Below, piece by piece: positions 19,674 through 32,849 of a DNA stretch of 64,000 nt. The stretch spans positions 434,001 to 498,000 of the forward strand of contig BQFW01000004.1 in NCBI GenBank assembly GCA_020891255.1. Reading direction: 5' to 3'. The notes beneath the pieces were generated by a model. The model was not told the DNA's origin. It saw nothing but the letters and a program-made list of their open reading frames with translations, and did not search any database. The DNA comes from Entomortierella parvispora E1425. Lineage: Eukaryota > Fungi > Mortierellomycota. Both the position numbers and the translations under genes were made by a program. The stretch's first letter is position 1, and each line of letters starts with the position of its first letter.

Positions 19674-22028
19674 GATAGCTTAGAGGGAGCTGCACAAGTG
19701 AGGCTGGCTTTGTTGTTGAAGGGTTGTGGAGGTGAGGCAGGGAAGAGCTGGGAGAAGAGGAAGGTGAAGTTAGCGAAAAAAAGAAACACGATTCAAGCGC
19801 GTGTCGTCGAAGCTTGCTTTATCTTTGCACGCAGTTGAATTTGCCAGTGGTTGACCCGTTGTCTAACCCCCCCGGGGGGTGAGGCTATTCCTGCAAGGTA
19901 ATTGACTGCTCTGAGCCCCTGGCCTGACAGCCTGTTAGAGGAAGAGGTGCACAGCCATTGACTTTGCCGAGATCCAAAAGGGCGCGAAGTCAAATGGTCG
20001 CAACCAATTTTCAGCTGCGCAAACCCAGGTCGTGCACAAACAGGTCGCGAGAGCCTCTTTGTCGACTTTTGAATTCACGGCAAAGTGGATTTGTTGTTGT
20101 TGCCCTACCAGCAGTCATCTTCAGATGGCAAATCATTCCAGAATGGGGGGCACATATACGTATCGGAATGTCCACAGCTTCCTCGCGAGGTAGTCATTTC
20201 ATTGGCTGACAATCTGACAATAAGCACGCTAGCGAGAGATATCGAAAATCACGGCAAAGTGAGAAAGAGATGGTTTCGCAACAGGAAATCCCGAAAATAT
20301 GTGGAGGTTGGAGGAGAAGAGAGGGCGACAGTGAAGAAGTGTGGGAGTCATGAAAGATGGGCAGTGTAAAAGAACAAGGAGTGAGAAGTGCACAGAGTAC
20401 TTTTATAGTCGCGGTTTATCTAACGTACGACAAGGCGAAGCGAGTCCTTGGCAAAGCAACTTCAAGATCTGGCGGTCAATTCCGAGGCCATTGTGAATGT
20501 CCATCTCCCCCCCCCCCCCCTTGTGTCTGGTGTTGGTGAACAGCAGTTAACAAAAAAAAGATATAACTTTGGATGTATTCCACTGCTATAAACCTGGTTG
20601 TAAAACATATTGTCCAGGGCGGTGTGGCAATGGCAGGTGAAATCGATTGCAGGAATAGAAACCACGAAGCGAGACGACTTAGTCCTTGGATGCTAGAGTT
20701 CACACAGCCCCATGGAAAGATATATACGAGCTGCTGTCTTCATGCACAAGGGGACAAACTCAATAGAGAGGCGTGCTGTGACCTCGACAATGGAATCTCA
20801 GAGTATCATTTCCAATGCCTTCGTTTGCATTTAGTGAGCACAGGCTGTGGTAGAGGAGGTAGGGATAGCTCCTTGTTGGGCTGCGCTCAAGCAGAAAGGC
20901 CTTCTCTTTCGAACTCACAAAATGCATTTGGTCCCGAAGACTGGTCATTGAGAGTGCAAAGTTGAACATCAGGCATTACTTGACTGAAAGAATGAAAGAA
21001 TGAAGTCGATCGAAAGCACAAAAGATGCCAGCCAAACCCTTGTTCTTTTGTTCCTGTAAGTTGTTCATCGAATCAAAGTGAGATGAAAGGTGACAGCACA
21101 GGAGAGCGACAACCTGCCTTCACAAAGAAGGGAGAGACATTCTGCCCCTCTGTCCTTTTAACCACTCGGCCACACCGAAGCATGGCCTCACATTGTCTGC
21201 CTTCCCATTTTCGTTAATATGCCAAGTCCTTCTACTCGAGAGCCTTCAAAACGTCGGGGTCAGCGTTGATCTTTCCATTTCTAGACAAAAAGAGCAAAGG
21301 GTCAAAGATCAGCCCGCGACAACGACGGCTCTAGTATGAACGTGCCTCCTCACGAGCACAGTCAGCGATCGTGGTCAAGGTGAATAGAGACGTGGCTTTG
21401 CGACTTTGCCCGAGCAGCAACCATGACCAACCAAAAACTGACGCGCTGTCACCTCCTGAAAAATCCAAGCACAGCCAAGGAGACGTTGTCCAGAAAAGGA
21501 CACGGGCTGTGCCCTCAAGGGCCAGATGATCATCTCTGTGGTTCTCTCTTGAGGATGTCCCTTATTCCTTGAAGTCGCCTCCTTTCAAGATCATTCCAGT
21601 GGGAAGGTAGTGTCTTCCGTCGCGTGTCTAGTGCCCAGGCCGCGGAAGAAACCATTCTGTTGTGCGTGAGTTGTGTTTGTGCGTACAAGGATAATGAAGG
21701 CCATGCATTGCTGTGCATCCCGGACGAGACTGACTTTTAGTTCATTCCCTTTGGCTGACTAAACGACAATCTTTTTGTTGTTGTTTTCACCTCTCTTCCT
21801 TTCAGTTCCCCCCACGCTGACCCTTGCTCTCTTAGTCATCACCACGTTCTCAGGCAGGTGTCCTACATCCAATACTGTTTGTTCTTTGGTATCTTTTCTT
21901 TTCCTTGGTTTGCCTCTTTCAATTCCTCCTATCTCCCCCTCCCTCCAAACTTTCGAGATCAATCGTATTGGTCCAATCTCTCCTTCACATTTTTACCTAC
22001 CAAGAAAGATAAAGAGTAAACAAAAAAA

Positions 22029-22707
22029 ATGCAAGGAGATCAACAGGGCCAACGCCTTCGATGGACAAAGGACGTGCACCCTGGACTGGTTTCTGGTCCG
22101 ACTGCAATCGCCTCCTTCTCCAAGCACTGGGAGGGCGTTGGGTCTTATGAGTCTCGCGATCCAATGTTGGTCCAAGACGCCATGATGGATCTTGCTGCCT
22201 CACTGATACCCCCCGAAGTAACTCCTGGAATGTGGCGTGAGGATGGCAATAGATCCATGACGACTACTGGTCAAACAGGCAAACGACAGCTCTCGCACCC
22301 AGTGCTTGATACGTACAATCAAGATTTGTGTCTCCGTCCGCGTCAACGTCGACGCAAACAAGCACCACACGCGGATAATCTAACCCCAGACAAGTCATCG
22401 ACCTCCCCTCTCCTCGAGTCCAAGAGGTAAACCAGACCACACGACACAAGAGACAGAAAGAAAAGAGGATGCGACCAAGAAAAGCACCTCTCGTCTATGA
22501 GGAAAACAATTCAATTGATTGCTTTTTTTTTTTTTTTTTTTTGTCGGATTTGACACAGTCTTCATCTACCTCCAGAGAAATCACAGCAGAGAAACAAGCC
22601 CTGGCAGCTGGTCTCGAGGCCAAGGATTCTGGAGTTGATCGCAGAGGATGCTCGACCGCCGATCGCCTTGTTCTTGGATCCAATGGAGAGTGATGACAGA
22701 GACCACA
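22029..22707 (+). CDS. Hypothetical spliced orphan; exons 22029-22426 and 22559-22707, further exon probable after donor GTAAGT at 22708
   Basis: Phase-2 donor GTAAAC at 22427 and polypyrimidine-CAG acceptor at 22558 keep the frame open (…LESKS LHLPPEKSQQRNKPWQLVSRPRILELIAED…). No homology recognised. Confidence 0.3.
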
Positions 22708-25700
22708 GTAAGTCCGTAAGATGGAGAAAAGAGAGGCTGGGAGGATAGAAGCCGAACACTACCATCCGCAAAAAGAGCGTGTGTCATGCACATCACGGTC
22801 TTCATTTCATTTTTTTTTTTTTTTTTTTTTTTTGGTGACCCCTGCCTTGCACCTTGCTGCCAGCTTCTCGATTGGATGCTTCTCGATTGGATGCTGGATC
22901 AATCTCAATCGGCCCGATAGGAATGCTTTTTTTTGTTTCCTTAGTGTTCATGCATCCACATGTATTTTAGTGGTTCGACAACAGGGAGCCAGTGGGGTCC
23001 AGGTTGCGCCAGTGTGTTGTCTGTCATGCACGCAATGCATTTCGCCCTACCCAGAGACCCGCCACTCTGTTCTCTCCTTTCAAATTACAGTTGGGCGCAA
23101 GAGTGCTTGTGCTTGTGCGTGTGCGTGTGTGCTTGTGTTTCTCTCTTACTCTCTCTCTCTCTCTGTCTCCCTTTTTTTTCTTCTCTTTGTCTCCCGTTGC
23201 TCGCTCGCTTTGTCATGCAAAGGGCCCGCCTTTCTCTTTTTGATTTGTCCACGTCCCTTGCATCTTGTTTGTCCATGCCGAAAAAAGCAAGGAATAACGT
23301 CAACAAACAAAGCACGCAACCACCCCATTTTTCCAATTGCTTTATTTGCTTTATTACTCATCCAGCGCCCTGCTTTCTCTCTCTTTGTTTGCTTTGGAGT
23401 TGATGTGGAGGGGAGGGAGGATGAGAGGGCCAGAAAATAGAGAAAAAGAAAAAAAAAAGAGAGGACTTCAATTGCTTCAATCTAAAACTCGGGTTCTATT
23501 TTGAATATGTATTCAATGGTGGTGATAATGGTGATGCTGTGCCCTCCCTATTCATGCTTCTGCACAAGGAACGATCATGCAAACTCTGTCTGTAACTGCT
23601 TTGATGTCGATTTTTTACGTTTGTTTCGTGTCCTGGCCTTTTTGTTTCCATGAATGGACGCGTCTCTGTCCAGTGAGGAAGAGCGAGACCCACTCCAATT
23701 AGCCCACAATCCTAAATTTTACCCAGGAAGAAGAAGAGGAGGAGGTCATGGAAGAGAAAGAGTGAGTGTAAAGAAACTTAAAAGTGAGAAAAAAGAACCG
23801 CGTCGTGCTTCCCCGTCCTCGCTCGTTTTCCCTCAGCAGTAGATTTTCAATAAGGATTCGTTTCGTGTGTTTTCAGAGACCTGTGATAGGTGCGTTGTGG
23901 TCGAAAGATCGGCTGGACAGCGACAATTTCATAAAAAAAAAAAAAAGAGAAACAATCGGAAATGAGAGCGTGGCACCTTTGGGGGTCGGTCGACTCAAAG
24001 TCAGCAGCAGAGCGAGAGGCTGAAAACAAAAAAGGACAAAGCTTGAGTGGACGGACCAGTTGGAAAATAGAGTTTTGATGCCACGGAAACCCTTATTCTA
24101 TGAATTGAATTGGAGCTAGACATGTTTGTAGTGAGCAAGAGAAAGGAGCAATGGTGGGGGTAAACAAGCAAAGTGATGAACAGTAGGTGAGCTGAGAGAG
24201 CCGGAAACCGTGAGTGGTTCAAGGGAAGGCAAACAAATGGGAAGGTAGAGATTTGATAGTGAGCATCAAGGCCTATTCATCGGGGGGAGGTTAACAGGCC
24301 AACTGCGACATGATCTTCCAAGTAGCATCCTCTTGATCCTTGAACAAAGACGCGTCGTGGACGTGTTTTCAGGGGCACGTCTCTTTTGCTTCCACGCGTG
24401 GAAGGGACGTGAGGGTCAAAAAATGATTTACATCAGATCCTGTGAAGATCCTCTCCCGTCCCCCCCCCCCCCCTTTTTCCATTCTGCTGTTAACGGAAGG
24501 CAGGAGATTGTCCCAAAACTCTTTGTCATTTTTCAGTGCTCAATTCAAATGTGTCGGTGATTTCATTCCCTTTGGTACCCCTCTTGTGTTCACTTTGTGT
24601 CAAGATTCAATTCGAGCGTATGGTCGAAGTCAAGAGAGCCAACGAAGCTGGGTTTTGTTTCGTTTGTCGATTTTTTTTTCTTTCCTGCCTTTGACTCTCG
24701 GAACACAACTATCAACACGGAAGAATAGTTGGGGTTTAAAGACGAGAACGTGAGAGTTGTGTGTTTGTTCAAAATAGAGAGTGCACAGGATCTTCACAGG
24801 AGGGTAGTTTTTTTTTGACCAAATCGGTGAGCAAAAGCAATACGGAAGAACCAACAGTAGCTTTAGGAAGAGGCAACTCGGTCGGTGTCTCTTCCCAACA
24901 TTCTGGATAGACTCGTCCCTACCATTCAACCTTGTTGTTGGAGAGCTCCCTTTCAACGGCAACGGCAACCGCAACGTCAAACGGCGTCGTGGACATTTAA
25001 CGTCCACAGTGAGCCAAGGGTTCAGGACTAGGTTTAATCAACCTGGCAATCAACCTGGCCTCTTCTTTTTTTTTCAATTTCTGCCCCATTGTTGATTACT
25101 CACATCATTTCTTGCTTTCAAAATAACAGGTTCGTTCATTTCCCTGGCACCTCGTGGTACAACGGTCCACCTACAATGTAAGAGTATCTCATTTCACCGT
25201 TCCACAGCATCGTTTCGCATTCCTCTTTTTCGTGGACGAGAGCATGGCGGGTGCAACAACCGACAAAAGAAAATTGATTTTCAGATTGGACTGGAGATAG
25301 TCTAATGAGCGCTACATGCCAACGTACATTTTCAATTGTGCAATGCACTTGGGGGGAAAGCATGATGCGGTATGCATGCGGGGCGTGGAAGAAAAGAGCC
25401 AAGTTCTCTGGAGCAAAAGTCGCTTATGTATGGCGAGGGTCGTACTATTTGAAAGAGACTCTTTTCAAAACCTGAAGACCGCCGTTATCTTATTTGTTTC
25501 CTTGTGTTCATTCAGACGTACGGACCAGTCAAATGAGGTTGGTTTTTTTGCATTGTTGTCTGCGGGCTTATGAACGCAAGGTTTGTCAGAGGAGAGGCTT
25601 TTGTCTCTGTTCATGCCATTTGACCATTCTTGGTTTCCATATCCACCCCGCGCCCTGCGCCATCTTTATTTGAATTACGATACGCCGATATATTGCTACC

Positions 25701-28700
25701 GCCAACCATATTCTTCAGTGTCTTGGCTTTCTTTTGCATCTCCTCAACCTTTACGATCCTTTGTCGCACATCCGGGGGTTGAACCAAGGGGATGAGTTTT
25801 CAAACATGTTCTCCCCTTACCCTTGGTATGTGGGCGGTGCAGGATTCTCCTGGAGAGCTGTGCTTTGGTCGACAGACATGGAATCAAAAAGAGGGAATGC
25901 ACATTGAGTTAATTCATGGTCATGCACAAACAGTGAGTGAGAGCAAAAAAAAATTAATTTTTTTTTCTTTTCGAGAGATCTGCAAAGACCCAATATCGCC
26001 TCTTGGGCCAAGCAAAAAACACGAGAGGGTGAAATTGAATGTGTGTGTGTATATGTGTGTGCGTGTGTGTGTATGTGTGTGTGTGAAAAAGCGAGGACCC
26101 GCACCAAAGGAGAGGGGGCAGAAGGAGGGGAGATAGAAGGGAGAGGGTGAGAAGCCGAATAATGGAGACGAGAGAATGTGGAAATCGTAGATGGATGATG
26201 ATGATGGCGATCAAGCACTTGTCCTATCCTTCTCTCTATCTTCGGGCCGGGGGCGCGATTTGATGCGTGCCCTGAACATTTTTCAACACACCTCTGTCAG
26301 CAGGAGAGGCAAAGGAGATAAAACAGTATCCAAGGCCATCCCTTTACTATCCCGCCCGCACCTGTCAGCCCCTTGCTTCTGGCCTTTTGCTTCTGGCCCT
26401 TTGCTTCTTTGTTTGCCAGAGACCCTTTTGCTGTGCTGCTCCATTGTCCCTCCCTCCCTTTATCAAACCATCCTCCGCATGCAATTGAGGGTGGCTGCGT
26501 TGTTGGTGCCTTGAGTGCATGGCCGTGTTGCCTGGAGCACAGTAAGGCGGATGCAGCCGAGTCGCGGGTTCAACAAAGAGAGGGATAGGGCAGGTGGAGA
26601 GACGGGAAGGGGAGGAGAGCGCAACACACAGATGCACAATTGGATCTATTTACATATTTTGTGTTTATTGTGTTTTCTTTTTCTTTTTTTTTTTTGCTCA
26701 TGTCTACCTCGGCCGTTTTGTTCACCTCTTTTTTTTCCTTTTCCTTTCTTGTTTGTCTACTTCCTCTTCCACTCTCTCTCTCTCTCCCGTCTTTTCTTTT
26801 CCCCCACCTGTTTTCCGCCCTCCTCAACTTCTTTCCTAATCCATCGCGACATCCTGTACCATCTAGCTTTTCTTTGTCACCACCATCCACCTGCTTTGTC
26901 TCCCCTTAGTCATCGCTGTCTTCCATAATCATTTCCTTTGCCAAAAAAACCGCGGGTGCTCTCGCCCTTCCCTTTCGTCTCCCTGCCCACAATAATTTTG
27001 CTCCGCGGCAAAAGATCGTTTCCAGCCCATCTGTACGCGACCTCGCTCGACAGTCTGTCCATTAGTGCCTTGTTTTATTGACCGCTTGATAGTAATTGAC
27101 CCTTCGCCGCGCGAAGTGAATGTGTTTTTTTTTTCCTGGGTATCTTTTTTTGTTGTGAGGATGGGGTGTTTGTTCAGCGCAGTCCCATCCCCCTTTTGTC
27201 CTTCCTGCCCTTTCTCTTCCTCTGTCCCCAGCCTCCCTCCCCTTGCCTCTTTGCGCGTCTCGGCTATGGGCATGACCAAGCACGCGTCTTTTTACTTTTC
27301 TCCTCTTCCTCCATCCCGTGCATCTGAAGATTGACACATAATCTTGGTCATACAGTTTCATTTCGTCATCTGCGTCCATTAGGAGGAGAAGGAAGGAAAA
27401 AAGGGCGCGGCAGAGAAGGGCGGCTCTGTTTTTTTTTATCTTCCCTCATCTGGAGGGAGAGGTCTCAGATCAATTCAAAGGGATCCGCGATCCGAATTAT
27501 CTCTTTGGGTCGTTCCTCACTCTCCCTTCTCGTTGTCCCTTGACTCGATCTCCTCTCTCTCCACTCCCCTTCCCGTCCCCTGCTTTTTTGTTGGTTGGAT
27601 TGGACGGACGCATCTGAGGAAAGAAATCAACAGACAGATAGGGATTTGCTTGGTCCGGGCGCGCGCTTGTGTTCTTTCCCAAGTGCGGTTGGAGCCATTG
27701 CCCAGACCAAAAACAGACCGGTAGTTCGGGACATGCCCCAGTGGCACATTCACGAAAGAGGGGAGACACACAGAGAGGAAGAGAGAGAGAGAGAGATAGA
27801 GAAAGGGTCAAGGAACAAAAGAGAGGGGGAGGGACAAGACAAGGAGGAATAGCCCTCGCGTGCGTGCACCCATCGCATCGCATCTCTCTTCTGATAACAG
27901 ACGGCAGCAAGGAAGGAAGGAAGGAAGGAAGGAACAAAGGACGCAAGGAACAAAAGCAAGGAAGCAAAGGCACAGAAGAGAGAAGAAAGACAGAAAGGTG
28001 CCTCTTCGCCCTTTTTCTCCTCCTTGTCCTCTTTCTCTTTGCTCTTTTGCCATCTCTCATCCCCCATCGCCATCCTTCCCTTCCTTCCCTCCCTTCCTTC
28101 CTTCCTTCAATCTCTTTCTCATCAGCCCCCCATCCTTCCATCCTCCCGTCTATTCATCCATCTCTTTTCATCCTCGGCATCATCTGTTCTCTTCTCCTAT
28201 TCTTCTCCTCTGCAGTGTTTCCCGACTACTGGTACATCCCATGTCTGCTCTCTCCTCCCTTTCTCTACTTTTCCTTTGTCCTTCCCATTCCAGAGTGATC
28301 GTCGGGTCGACAATGGTCATCTTACCCCGCTGGTGGCAGCCACGGAGACAAACACGCACCGCCCCGCTCCTTGTCCCTGCTCCTTGTCCCCTCCCCGCTC
28401 CAACGGGACTCCTCCGTCCTTTCTTCATCGCTTCTCCTTCTTGCTTCGCTTCCTTCCTTGGCCATCCATCGCCTCATCCGACGCATGGACCATGTCAGTT
28501 TACTACCGAGAGAATCTCACTAACCTGCATCCCGTCCTCTCTTCTTCTCTTTCCTTTGTTTCCACCTCGACCCTTCACGCCCTTCACGCTTCCCCTGACC
28601 CTCGTTCCGTACCTTGATTTCACGTCGATTGCTGTTCTCCTCCGCAGGCCCCTCTGGTCAAGCGCACGACCACAAAGACACTGCCATAGACACTGTTGCA

Positions 28701-28976
28701 CAAGCAAGCGTCTCTCTCCCCCGCACCGATCTCGATCGCCCTCCGCGCAGCCTACAGCTCAGCAGTGGATATCAGGAGCGACCACCTCAAGACCAGCGCA
28801 GCTGCAATCACCGACACCAGAGCGTTTTTCAGGAAAGGGAGCTTCAGACGCCACCCCAGTTGCAACCGCATCCATACCTGCAGCAGCAACAGCAACCACA
28901 ACCACTTCTGGGACGCGAATACCTCGACGAAGCGCGTTCAAAGACTGCATCCTCCCCACCACACGCAATCTCTGGC

Positions 28977-31900
28977 ATGCTCGGTCCCGGTCCTGGCCCT
29001 GCGCCAACGCCTTCGTTGACTCTCCCTCCTTTGAGTGAGCTGGACAAGAACCTTGGATCCGAATCGGAACATCGTCTGCCGCATCATCACAGCCCTCAGA
29101 GCTCTGCCGTTGCTGCTGGTCAGCCTCGGTCGCAGTCATCCGACCCTCATCTCCATCAGCACTTTACGCAACAGCAACAGCAACAGCAACAGCGATCCCA
29201 GCAGCAACAGCCAGCACAGGCGCAACAGCAACAGCAACAGCTTCCACCACCGCCTCAGTCAAGCTCGGCTCACCATCGCGCCGGCAACGACACACATAGT
29301 CACGCTTACATGGATCATCATTCACAACATCGTTCACAGCAACCCCAGTCGCCTTCTGGCCAAAAGATGTACCAATATGACCAGATGAACCGCTATTATT
29401 CTTCTACGGGATTCCCAGCAGGTAAAAAAGGGGAGGGTGAAAAAAAAAGGGGGAGAAGGGGGGAAGGGGTTGCACTTAGGAAAATCCATCGTCTTTCATT
29501 GGCAATTGCACATGGCCTGTGCTGCCACACTCTTGCCTCAAAGGGAGCTGTGCTTCTCCATTGCAAACACGCGTGTCGTTAATGATGATCTTGAGGGAAA
29601 CAAAAACACAAAGAAGAATCATATTTTACTGGCCCACGGACGTTTCTGTTGCCGATCATTTCCATCTTTTTGGGAGGAGAAGCGGACATAGCTGAGTGTT
29701 TGGCTGTCAGCCAGCCAGAGGCCAGCTTTTGGCTGCCCGTGCTTTTTTCTTCTTTTTTGTTATAATATATCGTCCTCAATTAATCAAAAACAAGAGAGGG
29801 GCGATCGGATCGTGCTTGCATTTCGCCCTTCTGGCTCCCGCTCCCCCTTCCCATTCCTTCTCTCCCTGCCGTTGAATTTCCTCCTCCCGTCGTTCAATTA
29901 CCTTCAATTGCTGCTATTTGCTGTCAATTGCTCTCGACCTCGTCTCTCTCTTTTTCTCTTTTTTGACCTTGTTCTTGACTTGGTTCATGTCCCGGAGTAG
30001 CGGACGGGCGGGAAGGGAAAAAGCTCTTTCTATTATAGTTTCCCGGCGTTGCTGACTACAAGCGCACATCTGTTGTTGCTGATTAATAATGTTCTCGCCC
30101 TTTAAATTACACTCCTACTTCATAGACGTCCACATGAGCTCCGCCATGGCTGGAAGATCAGACTTAAACGCGCCCAGGGAGGGTGTCCAGAGTCCCCCAC
30201 GTCAGCAACAGCAACAACAGCAGCAACACCATGAATACACCGTTTCAACCACCGCAGCAACCAAAGGCAGCTCAGCGTCATCTGCCCACTCGTACGATAG
30301 TACGGCCTTGAGCCAAGGAAGATCGGATTCGCGCACACTGCAAAGTGCCCACCACCTCAGTCACCAACGGCATGAGCCCTCAGGGTATCAGAGCGGAGGT
30401 GAATCTGCAAACAACACAGATGCAGGAGCTAAATCCGGCGGGGAAGGCGGTGGTAGTGGCAAGGCGAGTAAGGGAGCAGGTAGAGGCTCTGCTGGTACAG
30501 AGCACGGCCGGAACTCCTCTAAGCGAGCTGCCCAGAATCGAGCTGCCCAACGGGCATTCCGCCAGCGCAAGGACCTCTATGTCCGATCATTAGAGCACAA
30601 GGCAAAGCTGCTAGAGCTGGCCGAGGCCGAGATTGCGGCCTTGGTGGCGCGCAACCAAGAGTTGGAAGCGGAGCTTGCAGCGACACTTCGCTCAGCAGGC
30701 CGGATTCCTTCCACGAACCCACCAATGGAAGATGACGTGGCGGCTGCCAGCAGCCTGATCAGAGCAGCCAATGCTTCTTTAGGAGCAACGGCGCCTCCCA
30801 CCTCGGCCGTAGGTACCCCCTATCATATCCGTGAGCGAGAAAGCGATCAGGAGTGGGACTACGGTCGGCCCAGAGATCGTGACTTGGAACGGGATCGAGA
30901 GTGGAGCCACGATAGCAGATCAGGACCTCCTTCTGCAACCCTCCCCAGTGGACCCTCGGGACCTTACGATCCTTACTATCATTCATCTGCACCTTCGGCA
31001 GGTCCCCATTCCACGCGTCCGGCAATCGCTAGACACTCGTCTACTCAACATCTCCACCATGCTTACAATGCATCGTCTCCTCCATTGTCCAATGGGTCCT
31101 TCAAGCACCTGTCGCTTAACAGCAACAAATCTTCAAGATACGAGTCAGACCAAGACATTGAAGGCGGTCTCTCTGGCCAGCACCCTCCAAGACCTCATCG
31201 CCATCTTCACCGTAACCCCTCCGAGTCCTCACTGAACCTTGGTCGGACGGGCACTTTTGGAAGCTTTGGGTCTTATCGGGATGAGCAGCAACCTGCAGTA
31301 CCAAGTATGCCCCGACTCCATGGCGACTTCCGGTCAGACATGGTGACGTCGCCTCCAGCTCAGAGCAAGTCTCCCATGTCAGCCACATTTGCTCAACGGT
31401 CTCCAGGACACCATGAGCCCCATTCCGCCTCGTCAATACAACACTACCCAGGTTCACCCTTGAGTCCGACACACGAGCGCATGTCGCTCTATGGACCCCG
31501 AGGCTCTGGAGGATCCGTATCTTCCCCCACTAGTGCTCATGGTGAACCAGTTACGTACGACCTTGGAAAGAAGCGACCCAGTGAAGGAACGGTGAACTGG
31601 AACGGAGGTTCAGGTGACAGCAGTAGTGCAGGATCCGAGGCATACCATTCGCACCCTCACTATCGCTCAGGTCCTTTGTCAGACGGAGGGTCGGGACAGA
31701 TTTACCGTCCTGCGATCAAGAAGCAGTCGAGTTGGAGCTCGCTTTCCGACCGTCATCGCCATCCTTCAGTCAAGAAGCAACCCTCTTGGAGCTCAATCTC
31801 GGAACATCGATCCCACCAGTACCACGCTACTCTTCGGGAGACTGCCCAATACCAACGCGAATTGTCTTCTAGGGCCGCATCGAGCCCTGGCACTGGAGCA

Positions 31901-32410
31901 GCAGGATCTCATTCTGCATCCGCGAGTCCTGCCATGTCGTCCTCAGGACCTCTGTTGGGCTTTGTGCCCAAGCAACATGGATCGATGACACCCTCGGCCT
32001 CGGCTTTGACTGCGGCGGCCGAGGCAGCCAGGTCGGCTGCTGCAGCTGCGAACGCCGCAAATGCTGGTCAAGTGAGTTTGCCGCCTGTTTCTTCCTTGTC
32101 GCTGTCGTCGTCGAGACGGGATCATGCAATGACCTCGGCCGGAGAGGAAACGGACGAATACTCGGAGCCGTTGTCGCCTATGCAACATCAGCAACAGCGC
32201 TTCCAGGCGCAGCCCCAACATCAACACGGATACCAGCATCAGCAGCAACAGCAACAGCATCATCAGAGTCCTCAACCTTACCAACATTCACAGTTCCAAC
32301 AGCAGGCCTTGCACCATCGTGCGAGTGCTAGTAGTTTGTCGTCTCCTGCTCAGGGCGAGCGTCGACCCTCGATGCCCGAGACAGGATCTATTGGCTCTTC
32401 CTCGTCCTGA
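28977..32410 (+). CDS. AP-1/YAP-like bZIP transcription factor with long Q/S/H-rich disordered regions; exons (28648 or ATG 28977)-29421 and 30126-32410
   Basis: Basic region SKRAAQNRAAQRAFRQRKDLYVRSLE followed by a leucine zipper (~30521-30680). Phase-1 intron 29422-30125 (GTAAAA...CATAG) joins ORF 28614..29582 to 30089..32410. An acceptor at 28647 suggests a further upstream exon, so the start is uncertain. Confidence 0.85.
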
Positions 32411-32849
32411 ATGTAAGATTGTTGGATACACGGATGCAAAGGAAAACCCCAAAGATGCTCTTGCATACAACAATAACAAGAAAAGAAAAAGAGAAAGCAA
32501 AGAAAAAAAAACTCGGAAAAAGAGATGTATCATATAATCCATCCCTCCTGTGGTAGGAGGGGAGAGTGGGGAAGAGTGTCTTCCCCCCCTTCGTCCCCCA
32601 CCTTTGTCCCCCCCTCCTCGCTCCCTTTAAATTACATACATCCCAATCCTCGAAGCTCGATAATCATCAAAATAGGATAGCCCAATACTCCTCTTCTTCC
32701 CCCCCTCAAATAATAATAATCTCGAAGTTGAAAGTATCAATTGGTCCATTTTTCCATGAGTGTGGGTTGGCATTCAGGCCGTCTAATGGTTATTATTGCT
32801 GTTTGTTTGCATTTTGTTGGATTCTAAATAATGGCAATGACAATTTTTT

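Noticed and set aside
19867-19879. C7G6 palindromic run
   Set aside because: Low-complexity homopolymer junction; such runs are common in this window.
20462-20969. Short ORFs on both strands between ZF-4 and the 22-kb orphan
   Set aside because: No recognisable motif or consistent splice chain.
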